A stretch of 59,303 bases of DNA from a virus (lineage: Duplodnaviria; Caudoviricetes): positions 1 to 59,303 of the IMG/VR virus record IMGVR_UViG_3300008266_000155; one strand, written 5' to 3'. The translations under genes were made by a program, and so were the position numbers. Positions 1 to 8,434 of the stretch are shown piece after piece. A model generated the notes under the pieces. The model saw only the letters and a list, made by a program, of their open reading frames with translations, did no database searches and was not told where the DNA came from. Position 1 is the first letter of the stretch. Each line of letters opens with the position of its first letter.

Positions 1-142
1 CGACGAGGACGCTGTTCGTCGCGCCGAGGTCAAGCTCAAGGCGCAGAAGCTGCGCGACGCGCCGTCCGATCCTCGCATCGACGCTGCCGGCAATGCGACC
101 GATCTGCTCGCGGCCGTCGACGCCATCATCGCCGAGTTCTGA
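1..142 (+). CDS. 3' part of tail-fibre assembly-like protein (continues from 59074..59303 across the origin)
   Basis: Reads DEDAVRRAEVKLKAQKLRDAPSDPRIDAA...EF*, in frame with the terminal ORF. The 'LRDAP..P.I' motif is typical of phage tail assembly proteins. Confidence 0.75.
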   Translation, partial: DEDAVRRAEVKLKAQKLRDAPSDPRIDAAGNATDLLAAVDAIIAEF

Positions 143-154
143 GGAACCGCCCAC

Positions 155-2035
155 ATGCCCGTCACCCGCATCGACGCTTTCGACATCTGGCAGCCCGGCT
201 ATGGCGGGGCGTCGGTGCGGATCGTGCGCGCCAACACGAACACGCTCGCTGACGTTTTCTTGGACGAAGATCTGACCGATGTGGCGGCCAATCCGCAAAC
301 GCTGCTGACGCGCAACCTCGATGACATCGAGTACGGGAAATGGGCGGCCTCGCTCTACACCGAGCAGGCTTACCAGCTTGTCATCGACAGCGTGGACCAG
401 ACCGGAATCCAGCGGCCCGGGCTCAACACCCTCACCAGCGAAAACGTCAGCCTGTCGGTGTCCACGGTCGACGGCGGGACGGAGCTGTTCACCCTGGCAG
501 AGCGATTCGCGCGCCTGATCGACGTGCAGGACTATGGCGAGTTCCTGCCGGTCGGCTCGGTTGGCGCATCGGCCGCGACCAACACGGCCAGTCTGCAGGC
601 CGCCACCGGCGCCGCAGCAGCCGACGGCGCAGGCTATGTGCGGATCCCGGCCGGCACCTACACGCTCAACGCTTTCACCCTGCCGGCCGGCGTCAAGCTG
701 CTGGGCGTGGGCGAGGGCGTCACCATCCTGCAGAGCACCACCGCGGGCGTCTTCGTCTCGCTGGGCGGCCCGCGCTGCGGCTTCGTCGACATGACGCTGG
801 ACGGCGTGTCGCTGGTCAATCTGTCGATCGGCGTCTACGGCGTTGCGATCGACGACACCGTCTTCGAGCGCTGCAAGATCAAGCGGTTTCAGACCGGGCT
901 GCGGCTTCGCGGCGGCCAGCGCAACGACTGGCAGACGTTCAGCATCGAGCAGTGCGTCACCGGCGCGGATCTGCTGGGCGATCTCGACGCCGGCAACACC
1001 GGCCTGGGCGAGCCGTTTGCTGGCAACCGCTGGTCGGGCGGCGTGATCTCGCTCTGCACCACCACCGGCATCAACCTCGAATACGTCGACCGGGCGGTGC
1101 GCGACAACACGCTCGACAGCCTGACCTTTGACAGCAACACCGGGACCGCGCTGCGCGGGCGCGGCAACCGCGATACCGTGCTGCGCAATCCCATCTGGAC
1201 CGGGAACACGATCAACCTCGATCTGGACGACGACACGCCCGCCGACGACGACAGCACCGTGATCGGCTTCCATGCCAACGGCGGCAGCATGGTCGGCGGC
1301 GAGATCGAGCTGCGCGGCCGGCTTGAAGACATCATCTTCGAAGGCATCAATTTCAGCGATGTCGACATCACGCTGACCGCGCCGCAGAACAACGTGCTGG
1401 CACTCGACTGTCAGGAGGACGGGCTTGTTACGCTGGCCGGCATCACGACGGCCTGGCTGCGAAAGAAGACCACGAACCAAGGTGTGTCGAGCGGGCTGAC
1501 CACCGGCAACGCTGCGACAAAGGCATGGTCGATCTCGCTCGATAGCGGGCAGCGCGTCTATCTTGAGGCCAAGGTAGCCGGGCGCCAGCGCAACGGCACC
1601 AACACCGGCTTTTACCACATTGCCGTCTCGGCCGGCCGGCCCGGCGCAACGCTGGCATATGACTCGCAGACCGCCAACTTCACGGTCGGCAACATCCTCA
1701 CCGGCGGCACGTCGGGCGCGAGCGGTCGCATCGTGGCCGACTCGGACTCCGGCACGACAGGCTCGCTCACGCTGCAGGACGTCATCGGCACCTTCCTCGA
1801 TAACGAAGCGATTACCGATGGCGCGACAGGCGCGGCCGTGGCCAACGGGACGCAGAGCACATCGAACGCTGCGCTTGTCGGCTCGGTCACGGCAATCCGC
1901 GCCGCGCAAGAAACCGATGCCGGCTGGGATGCGACCTTTGTCGCTAACGGTCCCGAGATCGAGCTGCGCGTGACTGGCGCCAGCTCGCAGACCGTCGAAT
2001 GGAATTGCGATGTCGGAGTGACCAGCATTGGCTGA
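155..2035 (+). CDS. Tail spike/fibre protein with pectate-lyase-3-like beta-helix
   Basis: 'IDVQDYG...NTASLQAA...VRIPAGTY...GVKLLGVG' start of a beta-helix; located in the tail module. Confidence 0.75.
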   Translation: MPVTRIDAFDIWQPGYGGASVRIVRANTNTLADVFLDEDLTDVAANPQTLLTRNLDDIEYGKWAASLYTEQAYQLVIDSVDQTGIQRPGLNTLTSENVSLSVSTVDGGTELFTLAERFARLIDVQDYGEFLPVGSVGASAATNTASLQAATGAAAADGAGYVRIPAGTYTLNAFTLPAGVKLLGVGEGVTILQSTTAGVFVSLGGPRCGFVDMTLDGVSLVNLSIGVYGVAIDDTVFERCKIKRFQTGLRLRGGQRNDWQTFSIEQCVTGADLLGDLDAGNTGLGEPFAGNRWSGGVISLCTTTGINLEYVDRAVRDNTLDSLTFDSNTGTALRGRGNRDTVLRNPIWTGNTINLDLDDDTPADDDSTVIGFHANGGSMVGGEIELRGRLEDIIFEGINFSDVDITLTAPQNNVLALDCQEDGLVTLAGITTAWLRKKTTNQGVSSGLTTGNAATKAWSISLDSGQRVYLEAKVAGRQRNGTNTGFYHIAVSAGRPGATLAYDSQTANFTVGNILTGGTSGASGRIVADSDSGTTGSLTLQDVIGTFLDNEAITDGATGAAVANGTQSTSNAALVGSVTAIRAAQETDAGWDATFVANGPEIELRVTGASSQTVEWNCDVGVTSIG

Positions 2036-3446
2036 GCAGTGGACCAAGCTGCCGCTCGACCGTGAGCTGTTCCGCAACCTCGATGAGGATGCGGTCACCG
2101 GCTATCAGGTGGCGATCGAGAACGGGTTCATCAACGAGCTAGGCGGCCACACCCGCTTCCCGGGCCTGCGGGATTTCTGCAGCCTGGCCGACAACGGCCG
2201 CGTCTATCTACACGAGCTGAACGGCGACATGATTGCTGCCACCAGCAAGGGGCGCGTCTACCGGATCAACCGCAGCGGCGACGTGACCGACGTCACAGGC
2301 ACGGCCGTCAGCGGCGGGCGCCGCGTCATTTTCCAGCTCACCGACACCGAGCTGCTGATGGCCGCCGGCAGCCAGATCATCCGGCTGCGCAACGAGAAGA
2401 CCGAGGTGCTGTCCGAGAACGCGCCGCTTGCCAGCCATGTCGCGTGGATCGACGGCTACACGATCGCGCCCGAGCTGAATTCCGGGCAGTTCCTCTATTC
2501 GAGCCCGAACGCGCCGGACCAGTGGGATCCGCTGAACGTTCAGCTTGTCGACGGCAACCCCGACCCGATCACGACCACGATCGTCACGCCGTTCCGCGAG
2601 ATCATGCTGGGCGGCGCAAAATCGATCGAGCAGTTCGAGCGCGTGCAGAGCGGCGATAACCCGTTCTTTCGGCGATGGGCCATCGGCGACGGCGTGGCGG
2701 CGCCCTACTGCCTCGTCTTTGCCGACAACGCCATCTGGCTCATCAACGCGCAATACGAGTTTGTCCGCAGCTCCGGCCAGATCTCCGAGGCAAAATCCTC
2801 GTCGATCGGCCGCATGCTCGAACAGATCACGGATTGGCGCGACGCATGGATCGGCGGCTACCCCGACAAGCCGCTGAACATCCTGGGCCAGAAATTCATC
2901 GTGCTGCAGGCGCCGTATGCCATCAACGCCTATGGCACTGAGGGCATCACGCTCCTCTACGACTACAAGGCGAACAAATGGTCCGAGCTGTTCGACTTCA
3001 ATGCGGATGACGGCACCCCGACGCGCTGGCGCGGCTGGTCGCATTGGCAGATCTGGAACCGCTACTTCGTCGGCGGCGAGGGCAAGATCTACGAGATCAC
3101 GCTCGACCAGTACCGGCAGGGCACGGACATCCAGCGCTGGCTGGTCAGGACCGGGCACACCACCCAGGGCGACAGCGTGCAGGTGAGCGGCTTCCGGCTG
3201 CAGATCGGTCGCGGGCGCGGCACCAACACCTTCGAGGGCGAGATCGGCGTGCGCTGCAGTCGAGACGGCAACCCGTTCGGCCCGTGGAAGCGCAAGGGCA
3301 TGGGCAAGGCAGGGCAGCGCAAGCCATTCATCGAGTTTGGCCAGTTCGGCAACGGCAACGATTTTCAGTTCGAGATCAGCGTGACGGACAATGTCCCCGT
3401 CGACCTGATTCGGGCCGAGATCCAGACCGTGCCATTGGGGCATTAA
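2028..3446 (+). CDS. Tail hub / packaged-DNA stabilisation protein (P22 gp10-like)
   Basis: 472 aa, beta-propeller-like; 'GHTRFPGL' and C-terminal 'SRDGNPFG...GMGKAGQ...FGQFG...FEISVTD' pattern. TTG start overlaps the upstream stop. Confidence 0.75.
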   Translation: MAEQWTKLPLDRELFRNLDEDAVTGYQVAIENGFINELGGHTRFPGLRDFCSLADNGRVYLHELNGDMIAATSKGRVYRINRSGDVTDVTGTAVSGGRRVIFQLTDTELLMAAGSQIIRLRNEKTEVLSENAPLASHVAWIDGYTIAPELNSGQFLYSSPNAPDQWDPLNVQLVDGNPDPITTTIVTPFREIMLGGAKSIEQFERVQSGDNPFFRRWAIGDGVAAPYCLVFADNAIWLINAQYEFVRSSGQISEAKSSSIGRMLEQITDWRDAWIGGYPDKPLNILGQKFIVLQAPYAINAYGTEGITLLYDYKANKWSELFDFNADDGTPTRWRGWSHWQIWNRYFVGGEGKIYEITLDQYRQGTDIQRWLVRTGHTTQGDSVQVSGFRLQIGRGRGTNTFEGEIGVRCSRDGNPFGPWKRKGMGKAGQRKPFIEFGQFGNGNDFQFEISVTDNVPVDLIRAEIQTVPLGH

Positions 3447-3449
3447 TCG

Positions 3450-4010
3450 ATGGCCGACCTTGATGCCAATGGCGATTTCGTCGCCCGCTCTGCCAGCCGG
3501 ATCCCGCCGCAGCCGCCGCGAATCACCGGCCAGTATGAGCAGGACAGCATCAGGCTCCGCGATTGGACGGCGTCGTTCTACGAGGTGGCTGTCGTCGAAT
3601 CCGGCTTGCTGGATCCCAGCTATCAGGAGACGGTCGGGCTCATCAGCTTCACGAGCCTGCCGGACCCCGTGCAGACGACCATCGCGCGGGCGCAGAAGAC
3701 CGCCAACCTCGCCTGGGAAGCGCTCGAACAATACAAGGTCGACAGCGACGTTGCGGCGGTCCGCAGTGGCTCCTTCGTCATCGCCGACACCGCGGACACC
3801 GCGTCCGTCGATCTAGACCCGGAGCTGTCGAACGCCAATTACAACATCGTCGTCTCAGCCGTTGACCGGGCCGGCGGGCCGCTGATCGACAGCTTCACCG
3901 TCGTGGGCGTGACTAAGGGCGTCGCGAATTTTGTGGTAGAAGTCTTTGCCGCGCCGGGCGCAGGCAAATCGGTGACGTTCAACTGGATGCTCCAACCCGT
4001 CGAGGACTGA
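3450..4010 (+). CDS. Virion structural protein (tail-associated)
   Basis: Follows the gp10-like gene; C-terminal beta-rich module ending 'VTFNWM'. Confidence 0.55.
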   Translation: MADLDANGDFVARSASRIPPQPPRITGQYEQDSIRLRDWTASFYEVAVVESGLLDPSYQETVGLISFTSLPDPVQTTIARAQKTANLAWEALEQYKVDSDVAAVRSGSFVIADTADTASVDLDPELSNANYNIVVSAVDRAGGPLIDSFTVVGVTKGVANFVVEVFAAPGAGKSVTFNWMLQPVED

Positions 4011-4013
4011 GAC

Positions 4014-4883
4014 ATGGCACTGCAGCGCAACCCGAACGAAGACCTTGGCGCTCCTCGTCAGGCAGAGTCCTACGGGCTCTCGTCCGCGCGAAGCTCCGGC
4101 ATCAAGACGCCCAACTTTGTCGGCGGCGAGATCGACGAGGCAACGGGCAATCTCATCAAAGGCGCGAAGGTCACGGCGAAGGCTGGCGCCAAACCGACGA
4201 CCCCGCCGCCGCCGCCGCCGCCGCCCGCGCCGGCCCAGCCCGTCTCTCAGCTCGCCGATGTCGCCCCGCCGCCGCCGGTCTATACGCCGCCGCCCGCCGC
4301 GCCGCCGCCCGTCTACACGCCGCCGCCCGCGCCTGAGCCGGCTCCCGCTCCGGAGCCCCAGGTATTCTACCGCAACGACAAGAAGAACGTGTGGGAGATG
4401 GCCGGCATCTGCTACGCGACCGGCACGCCGATCGTCATGGAAGATGGCACGATCAAGCCGGTTCAGGATCTACGCTACGGCGACCGGATCATGCTCGGCG
4501 GGCTGGTGCTCGGTCATGGCGTCGTGATGGCCACCGATCTGCGTGAATACAAGGGCGTGCGCGTCACGCCGAGCCATGCGGTCTTCGAGGACGGCCGCTT
4601 CGTCCGCGTCGGCTCGTCGATCCTCAACCGCCAGGCGGAGGAGCGCCACGGGTTCGTGCACCCGATCGTGTCCGAGAACCATCTGATGATGACGCCGACG
4701 CACATCTCGGCCGACTTCTCGGAGGTCGACGGCGGCGAGGTGCTGACCCATGCGCAGCGGCTCGAGGCGCTGAACGCTGACGTCGACCGGCTCGAGGAGC
4801 TGGCCGAGACGGAGGCTGCCTACTATCGCTGCAAGCCCGCCGCGATGGCCGACGCCCCGGCCGAGGAGCTGGAACCGGCGTGA
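4014..4883 (+). CDS. Pro-rich protein with C-terminal Hint (hedgehog/intein) autoprocessing domain
   Basis: 'CYATGTPIVMEDGTIKPVQDLRYGD' block A (Cys133, codon at 4410) and 'VTPSHAV' block B TxxH. Confidence 0.8.
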   Translation: MALQRNPNEDLGAPRQAESYGLSSARSSGIKTPNFVGGEIDEATGNLIKGAKVTAKAGAKPTTPPPPPPPPAPAQPVSQLADVAPPPPVYTPPPAAPPPVYTPPPAPEPAPAPEPQVFYRNDKKNVWEMAGICYATGTPIVMEDGTIKPVQDLRYGDRIMLGGLVLGHGVVMATDLREYKGVRVTPSHAVFEDGRFVRVGSSILNRQAEERHGFVHPIVSENHLMMTPTHISADFSEVDGGEVLTHAQRLEALNADVDRLEELAETEAAYYRCKPAAMADAPAEELEPA

Positions 4884-5314
4884 ACAGGCTGCGCGATTAC
4901 GATGCCGAGCGCGATTACGCCACCATCCGCGATTGGTGGCTCGCAAACGGCATGGACGCGCCGCCGGCCTATGTGCTGCCGCCGACAGGCGCGGTGATCG
5001 AGAATGAGGCTGGGCGCCTGATGGCGGCCAGCTTTGTCTACCTCAACAACTCGGCCATGGCTTATGTGGCGTTCACCTCCTGCGATCCGACAATGTCTCC
5101 GCGCGAGACATTCCATTCCGCAGAGGTCGCAATGAAGGCCGCGATCGAGATTGGCAGGCGTCACGTCGGCGCTCGCGGTGTGATATGGACATGCAGTCAC
5201 CTTCCATCCATGCACAGGATGGCGGTGAAGCGATGCGGGTTCACTGATACCGGGCCGGCGGCTACCGGCCAGATCCAGATCGGCGGCGAGTTTTCGACCG
5301 ATTGCATGAGCTGA
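4880..5314 (+). CDS. GNAT-fold protein preceding the ejection genes (T7 gp13/P22 gp14-like position)
   Basis: 'RDYDAERDYATIRDWW...LPPTG...AASFVY...KRCGF' GNAT-like pattern; conserved synteny. Confidence 0.55.
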   Translation: MNRLRDYDAERDYATIRDWWLANGMDAPPAYVLPPTGAVIENEAGRLMAASFVYLNNSAMAYVAFTSCDPTMSPRETFHSAEVAMKAAIEIGRRHVGARGVIWTCSHLPSMHRMAVKRCGFTDTGPAATGQIQIGGEFSTDCMS

Positions 5315-5327
5315 GAGGGCGAAGGCC

Positions 5328-5690
5328 ATGGCGATGTACGAGGACTACGAGGACGACGAGGAAGGCATGGGGGGGGCTATGCCGCCTGTGGGAAATGGCT
5401 CGTCCGCTGGCGGCGGCGACATCCGCGGCCTCATCATGCAGCGCGCCGAACAGCTCACCCCCGAGGAGGGCGACATGATCGCGGCCACCTTGGATGCGAG
5501 GACGATTCCGATCTGGAAGAAGCTCCTCCCCGAGATGGCCGATGTGCTGGACATGCTGGAAGCGCAGGAGGCCGAGGGTTCGGCTGGTGGTATCCCTGGC
5601 GCCGACAGCGGGCGCTCAAACTTCGGCGGGCCGCCCGGCATGCGCGCAGGTGGAGCGCCGCAGCTCAAGTCCATGCTGGGTTCTGTCTGA
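5328..5690 (+). CDS. Hypothetical protein
   Basis: ORF with host-like codon usage between structural genes. Confidence 0.6.
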   Translation: MAMYEDYEDDEEGMGGAMPPVGNGSSAGGGDIRGLIMQRAEQLTPEEGDMIAATLDARTIPIWKKLLPEMADVLDMLEAQEAEGSAGGIPGADSGRSNFGGPPGMRAGGAPQLKSMLGSV

Positions 5691-5719
5691 TCGAAGCGCT
5701 CGACTAAGGAGCCGTCACC

Positions 5720-6832
5720 ATGATCGCCGCCATCGCCCCCGCCCTTATCTCTGGCGCAACGTCGCTCATCGGCGGCCAGATGGCGCAGAACGCCAACGCC
5801 AAGGCTTCTCGGCTGCAGATGATTGCGCAAGCGCAAGCTGCAGCCGAGCAGAAAGCCTACAACGAGCGCGCAATCGCGGGCTTGGAGCAGGCGCGGCAAG
5901 AAGCCCTTGGCTACTCCGACAAGGCGATCAAAACCTATGACGACTCGGCTGCTTACCAGACCGATGCGATCAATCAGGGCACGGCCGCGCGCGTTGGCGC
6001 GATCAACTATGCCTATGACGAGACGGGCCGCATCATCGACACCGCCACCGGCCAGCAGGTCACGGCGATCGATCAGGGCAACGCCGAGCAGGTGGCCGCG
6101 CTCAACCGGCTGCGCACCGAAAACCAAGGCGGCATGCAGTATTTGCGATCCGTCCTGGCGGATCCGGAATCGCTGACGCCGGACCAGCGCGCCCAGCTCC
6201 AAGACATGCGCCGCAATGTCGGCAACACGATCGTCGCATCGGGCTTCGGCAACTCCGGGCGCAGCGCCGCCGCGCTGTTCAAGAAGACCGAAACGGACTT
6301 CACCAACGACGTCATGGCGCGCAACCGGGCGGCTGCGCTGTCGGCAGCCGGGCTCATGGCATCGACCGACAATAACGCCGGCATGCAGGCGGCCAACGCC
6401 GCGGCCGAGCGCGGTCAGCAGATGGCCGCCATCTACGCGGGCGCGGGCGGCGCCAAAGCCAACCTCGCCAGCAATCGTGGATCGATGCTGTCGAGCGTCT
6501 ACGGCGATCAGGCGCAGCAGGTGGCAGGCATCGCCAACACGCAGGCCGGGCGCGTCGGCGCGGCTCAGACCGGCCAGGGCGCAATCACCACGAACACAGC
6601 GGCGAATGTCGGCAGCATCATTTCCGGTACCGGCAAATCGCAGGCCGATGCTGCGGTCAAGAGCGGCGAGGCCCAGGCATCCGCGACGACGGCCAACGGC
6701 AAGATCTCCGGCCAGACCTTCGGCGAGATCGGCGGGCTCGTGGCTGGCGCGATCAAGGATTACAACCTTGGCCAGAAGAAAGAGGCGATCGACACGCAGG
6801 TGCAGGGCGCTCGCGACAGCAAGTATTCCTGA
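5720..6832 (+). CDS. DNA ejection/pilot protein (P22 gp7-like)
   Basis: Ala/Gly/Gln-rich; N-terminus 'IAAIAPALISGATSLIGG'; RBS TAAGGAG. Confidence 0.65.
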   Translation: MIAAIAPALISGATSLIGGQMAQNANAKASRLQMIAQAQAAAEQKAYNERAIAGLEQARQEALGYSDKAIKTYDDSAAYQTDAINQGTAARVGAINYAYDETGRIIDTATGQQVTAIDQGNAEQVAALNRLRTENQGGMQYLRSVLADPESLTPDQRAQLQDMRRNVGNTIVASGFGNSGRSAAALFKKTETDFTNDVMARNRAAALSAAGLMASTDNNAGMQAANAAAERGQQMAAIYAGAGGAKANLASNRGSMLSSVYGDQAQQVAGIANTQAGRVGAAQTGQGAITTNTAANVGSIISGTGKSQADAAVKSGEAQASATTANGKISGQTFGEIGGLVAGAIKDYNLGQKKEAIDTQVQGARDSKYS

Positions 6833-6847
6833 TAGGGGACGGCAGAC

Positions 6848-8434
6848 ATGGTCGACTACATCACGTCCAATCCGGCGCTGGATGCCTTCAACGCCGCCAT
6901 GGTGCGGCGCGACAAGGCCAACGCCGACGCCGCCGCGCTCGAAGCGAAGCTGCTGGACAACTCGATTGCGTTCGAGGCCGCGCCGTCGAAGCTGCGCGGC
7001 CTGCGCGCCGATTCCGACATCAAGGTCAGCACCGCCGACGTCGCCAAGGCGACTGTGCCGTATGACATCCAGATCCGGAAAAACACGGCAGACAGCGGCG
7101 GGGTCAACCTCGAAGTCGCGCGCGAAGGGCTCTACGAGACACGGCAGACGCAGGGCGGCCGAATCGGCAGCGCCAACGCCACGAACAACGCGACGATCCA
7201 GACGGCGCCGATCGGCGTGCAGGAGCGCCGCATCGGGCTGAACGAGAAGGCCGCCACGACCGGCAGCCGCATCGGCGCGACGAACGCCGACAATGAGGTC
7301 GCAGTCAGGACCGCGCCCGCGCGCGTCGCAACGGCCAATGCGCAGAGCCGCCTCTCAGGCGTTCAGGCCGAGAAGGGCGAAGTGCAGATGCTCATCGATG
7401 CGCTGAACATGGCGGAGGACGGCCGCGAGGTCGAAGCGCTCGACATCCTTGGCCGCATCCCGAGCATGACGCCGGAAGCCCTCGATCAGTTGAAGCCGAC
7501 CCTGCAGAACCGCGAGCTGCGCGGCGCGATGAAGAAGATCGTCGAGCAGGCGCAGGCGCGGCACCCGGACAACCCGGCGATGCAGGAGAAATACATCCAG
7601 CAGTATTCCGCCGGCATCCAGGCGGATCCGGCCAAGGCGCGCGACCCGTCGTTCAAATACAACGTCCCGGGCGCCCCGCCTGCGTCGACGACGAGCGGGC
7701 TCAACAGCAAGAACACCACGCCGCTCAAGCAGAACGTCCAATATCTGATGTCGGCTGGCATCGCCGCGAACGAGAAGGAGGCGTTCGCGCTGCTGAACGA
7801 GGGCAAGAGCAACACGTCGACTCTGCTGACCCAGCTCTACAACAAGAGCCGCGACACGCTGGTGAAGAACGCGCAGGGCCCGGGCGGGTTCAAGAAACTC
7901 AGCCAGCAGGAAATCGAGGCGATCGACACGCAGGCCGTACAGGCCGCACAGCGCACGTTGAGCGTCATCAAGCAGCGGGCCGGGCAGACCGATGCGAACG
8001 AGCTGGCCGCAGCGCTCGGCGTGCAGAGCGGATCCGCGCCCGCCGCCGCACCGCCTGCAGCCGCCGCGCCTGCGCCCGGGCCCGCCGCTCCGACCGTGCG
8101 CGAGGCGCCGGCCGCGCAGTCGGGCCCGGCCACGAGGGGGTTCCTGTCGAGCGTCGGCGGGTTCCTGTCGGATGCGTGGAACGGCAAGCCGGCCGCGCCC
8201 GCGATGGCGCCGCCGGCCGCCCCCAGCCTCCCGCAGGCGCCAATCCCGCCAAGCATGCCTCCGCTGGCCCCGGAGCTGCAGGGGCAGGCACCGGCTGGCC
8301 CGCCCAAGCTGCAAGGTCGCATGGACGCGGCCACCGCAATCGCCGATGCAAAAGCTGCCATCGCGCGTGGCGCGGATCGCGCGAAGGTGATAGAGCGTTT
8401 GACAGCGATGGGCATCAATCCGCAGGGGCTCTAA
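6848..8434 (+). CDS. Internal virion / ejection protein
   Basis: 528 aa helical Ala/Gln/Pro-rich protein between the pilot protein and the giant gene. Confidence 0.55.
   Translation: MVDYITSNPALDAFNAAMVRRDKANADAAALEAKLLDNSIAFEAAPSKLRGLRADSDIKVSTADVAKATVPYDIQIRKNTADSGGVNLEVAREGLYETRQTQGGRIGSANATNNATIQTAPIGVQERRIGLNEKAATTGSRIGATNADNEVAVRTAPARVATANAQSRLSGVQAEKGEVQMLIDALNMAEDGREVEALDILGRIPSMTPEALDQLKPTLQNRELRGAMKKIVEQAQARHPDNPAMQEKYIQQYSAGIQADPAKARDPSFKYNVPGAPPASTTSGLNSKNTTPLKQNVQYLMSAGIAANEKEAFALLNEGKSNTSTLLTQLYNKSRDTLVKNAQGPGGFKKLSQQEIEAIDTQAVQAAQRTLSVIKQRAGQTDANELAAALGVQSGSAPAAAPPAAAAPAPGPAAPTVREAPAAQSGPATRGFLSSVGGFLSDAWNGKPAAPAMAPPAAPSLPQAPIPPSMPPLAPELQGQAPAGPPKLQGRMDAATAIADAKAAIARGADRAKVIERLTAMGINPQGL

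Noticed and set aside
4200-4335. CCG tandem repeats as a repeat element or CRISPR array
   Set aside because: They encode poly-proline; no repeat-spacer periodicity was seen here or elsewhere.
4410-4730. Protein-splicing intein
   Set aside because: No C-terminal His-Asn followed by Cys/Ser/Thr and no host extein; better explained as a cleavage-type Hint domain.
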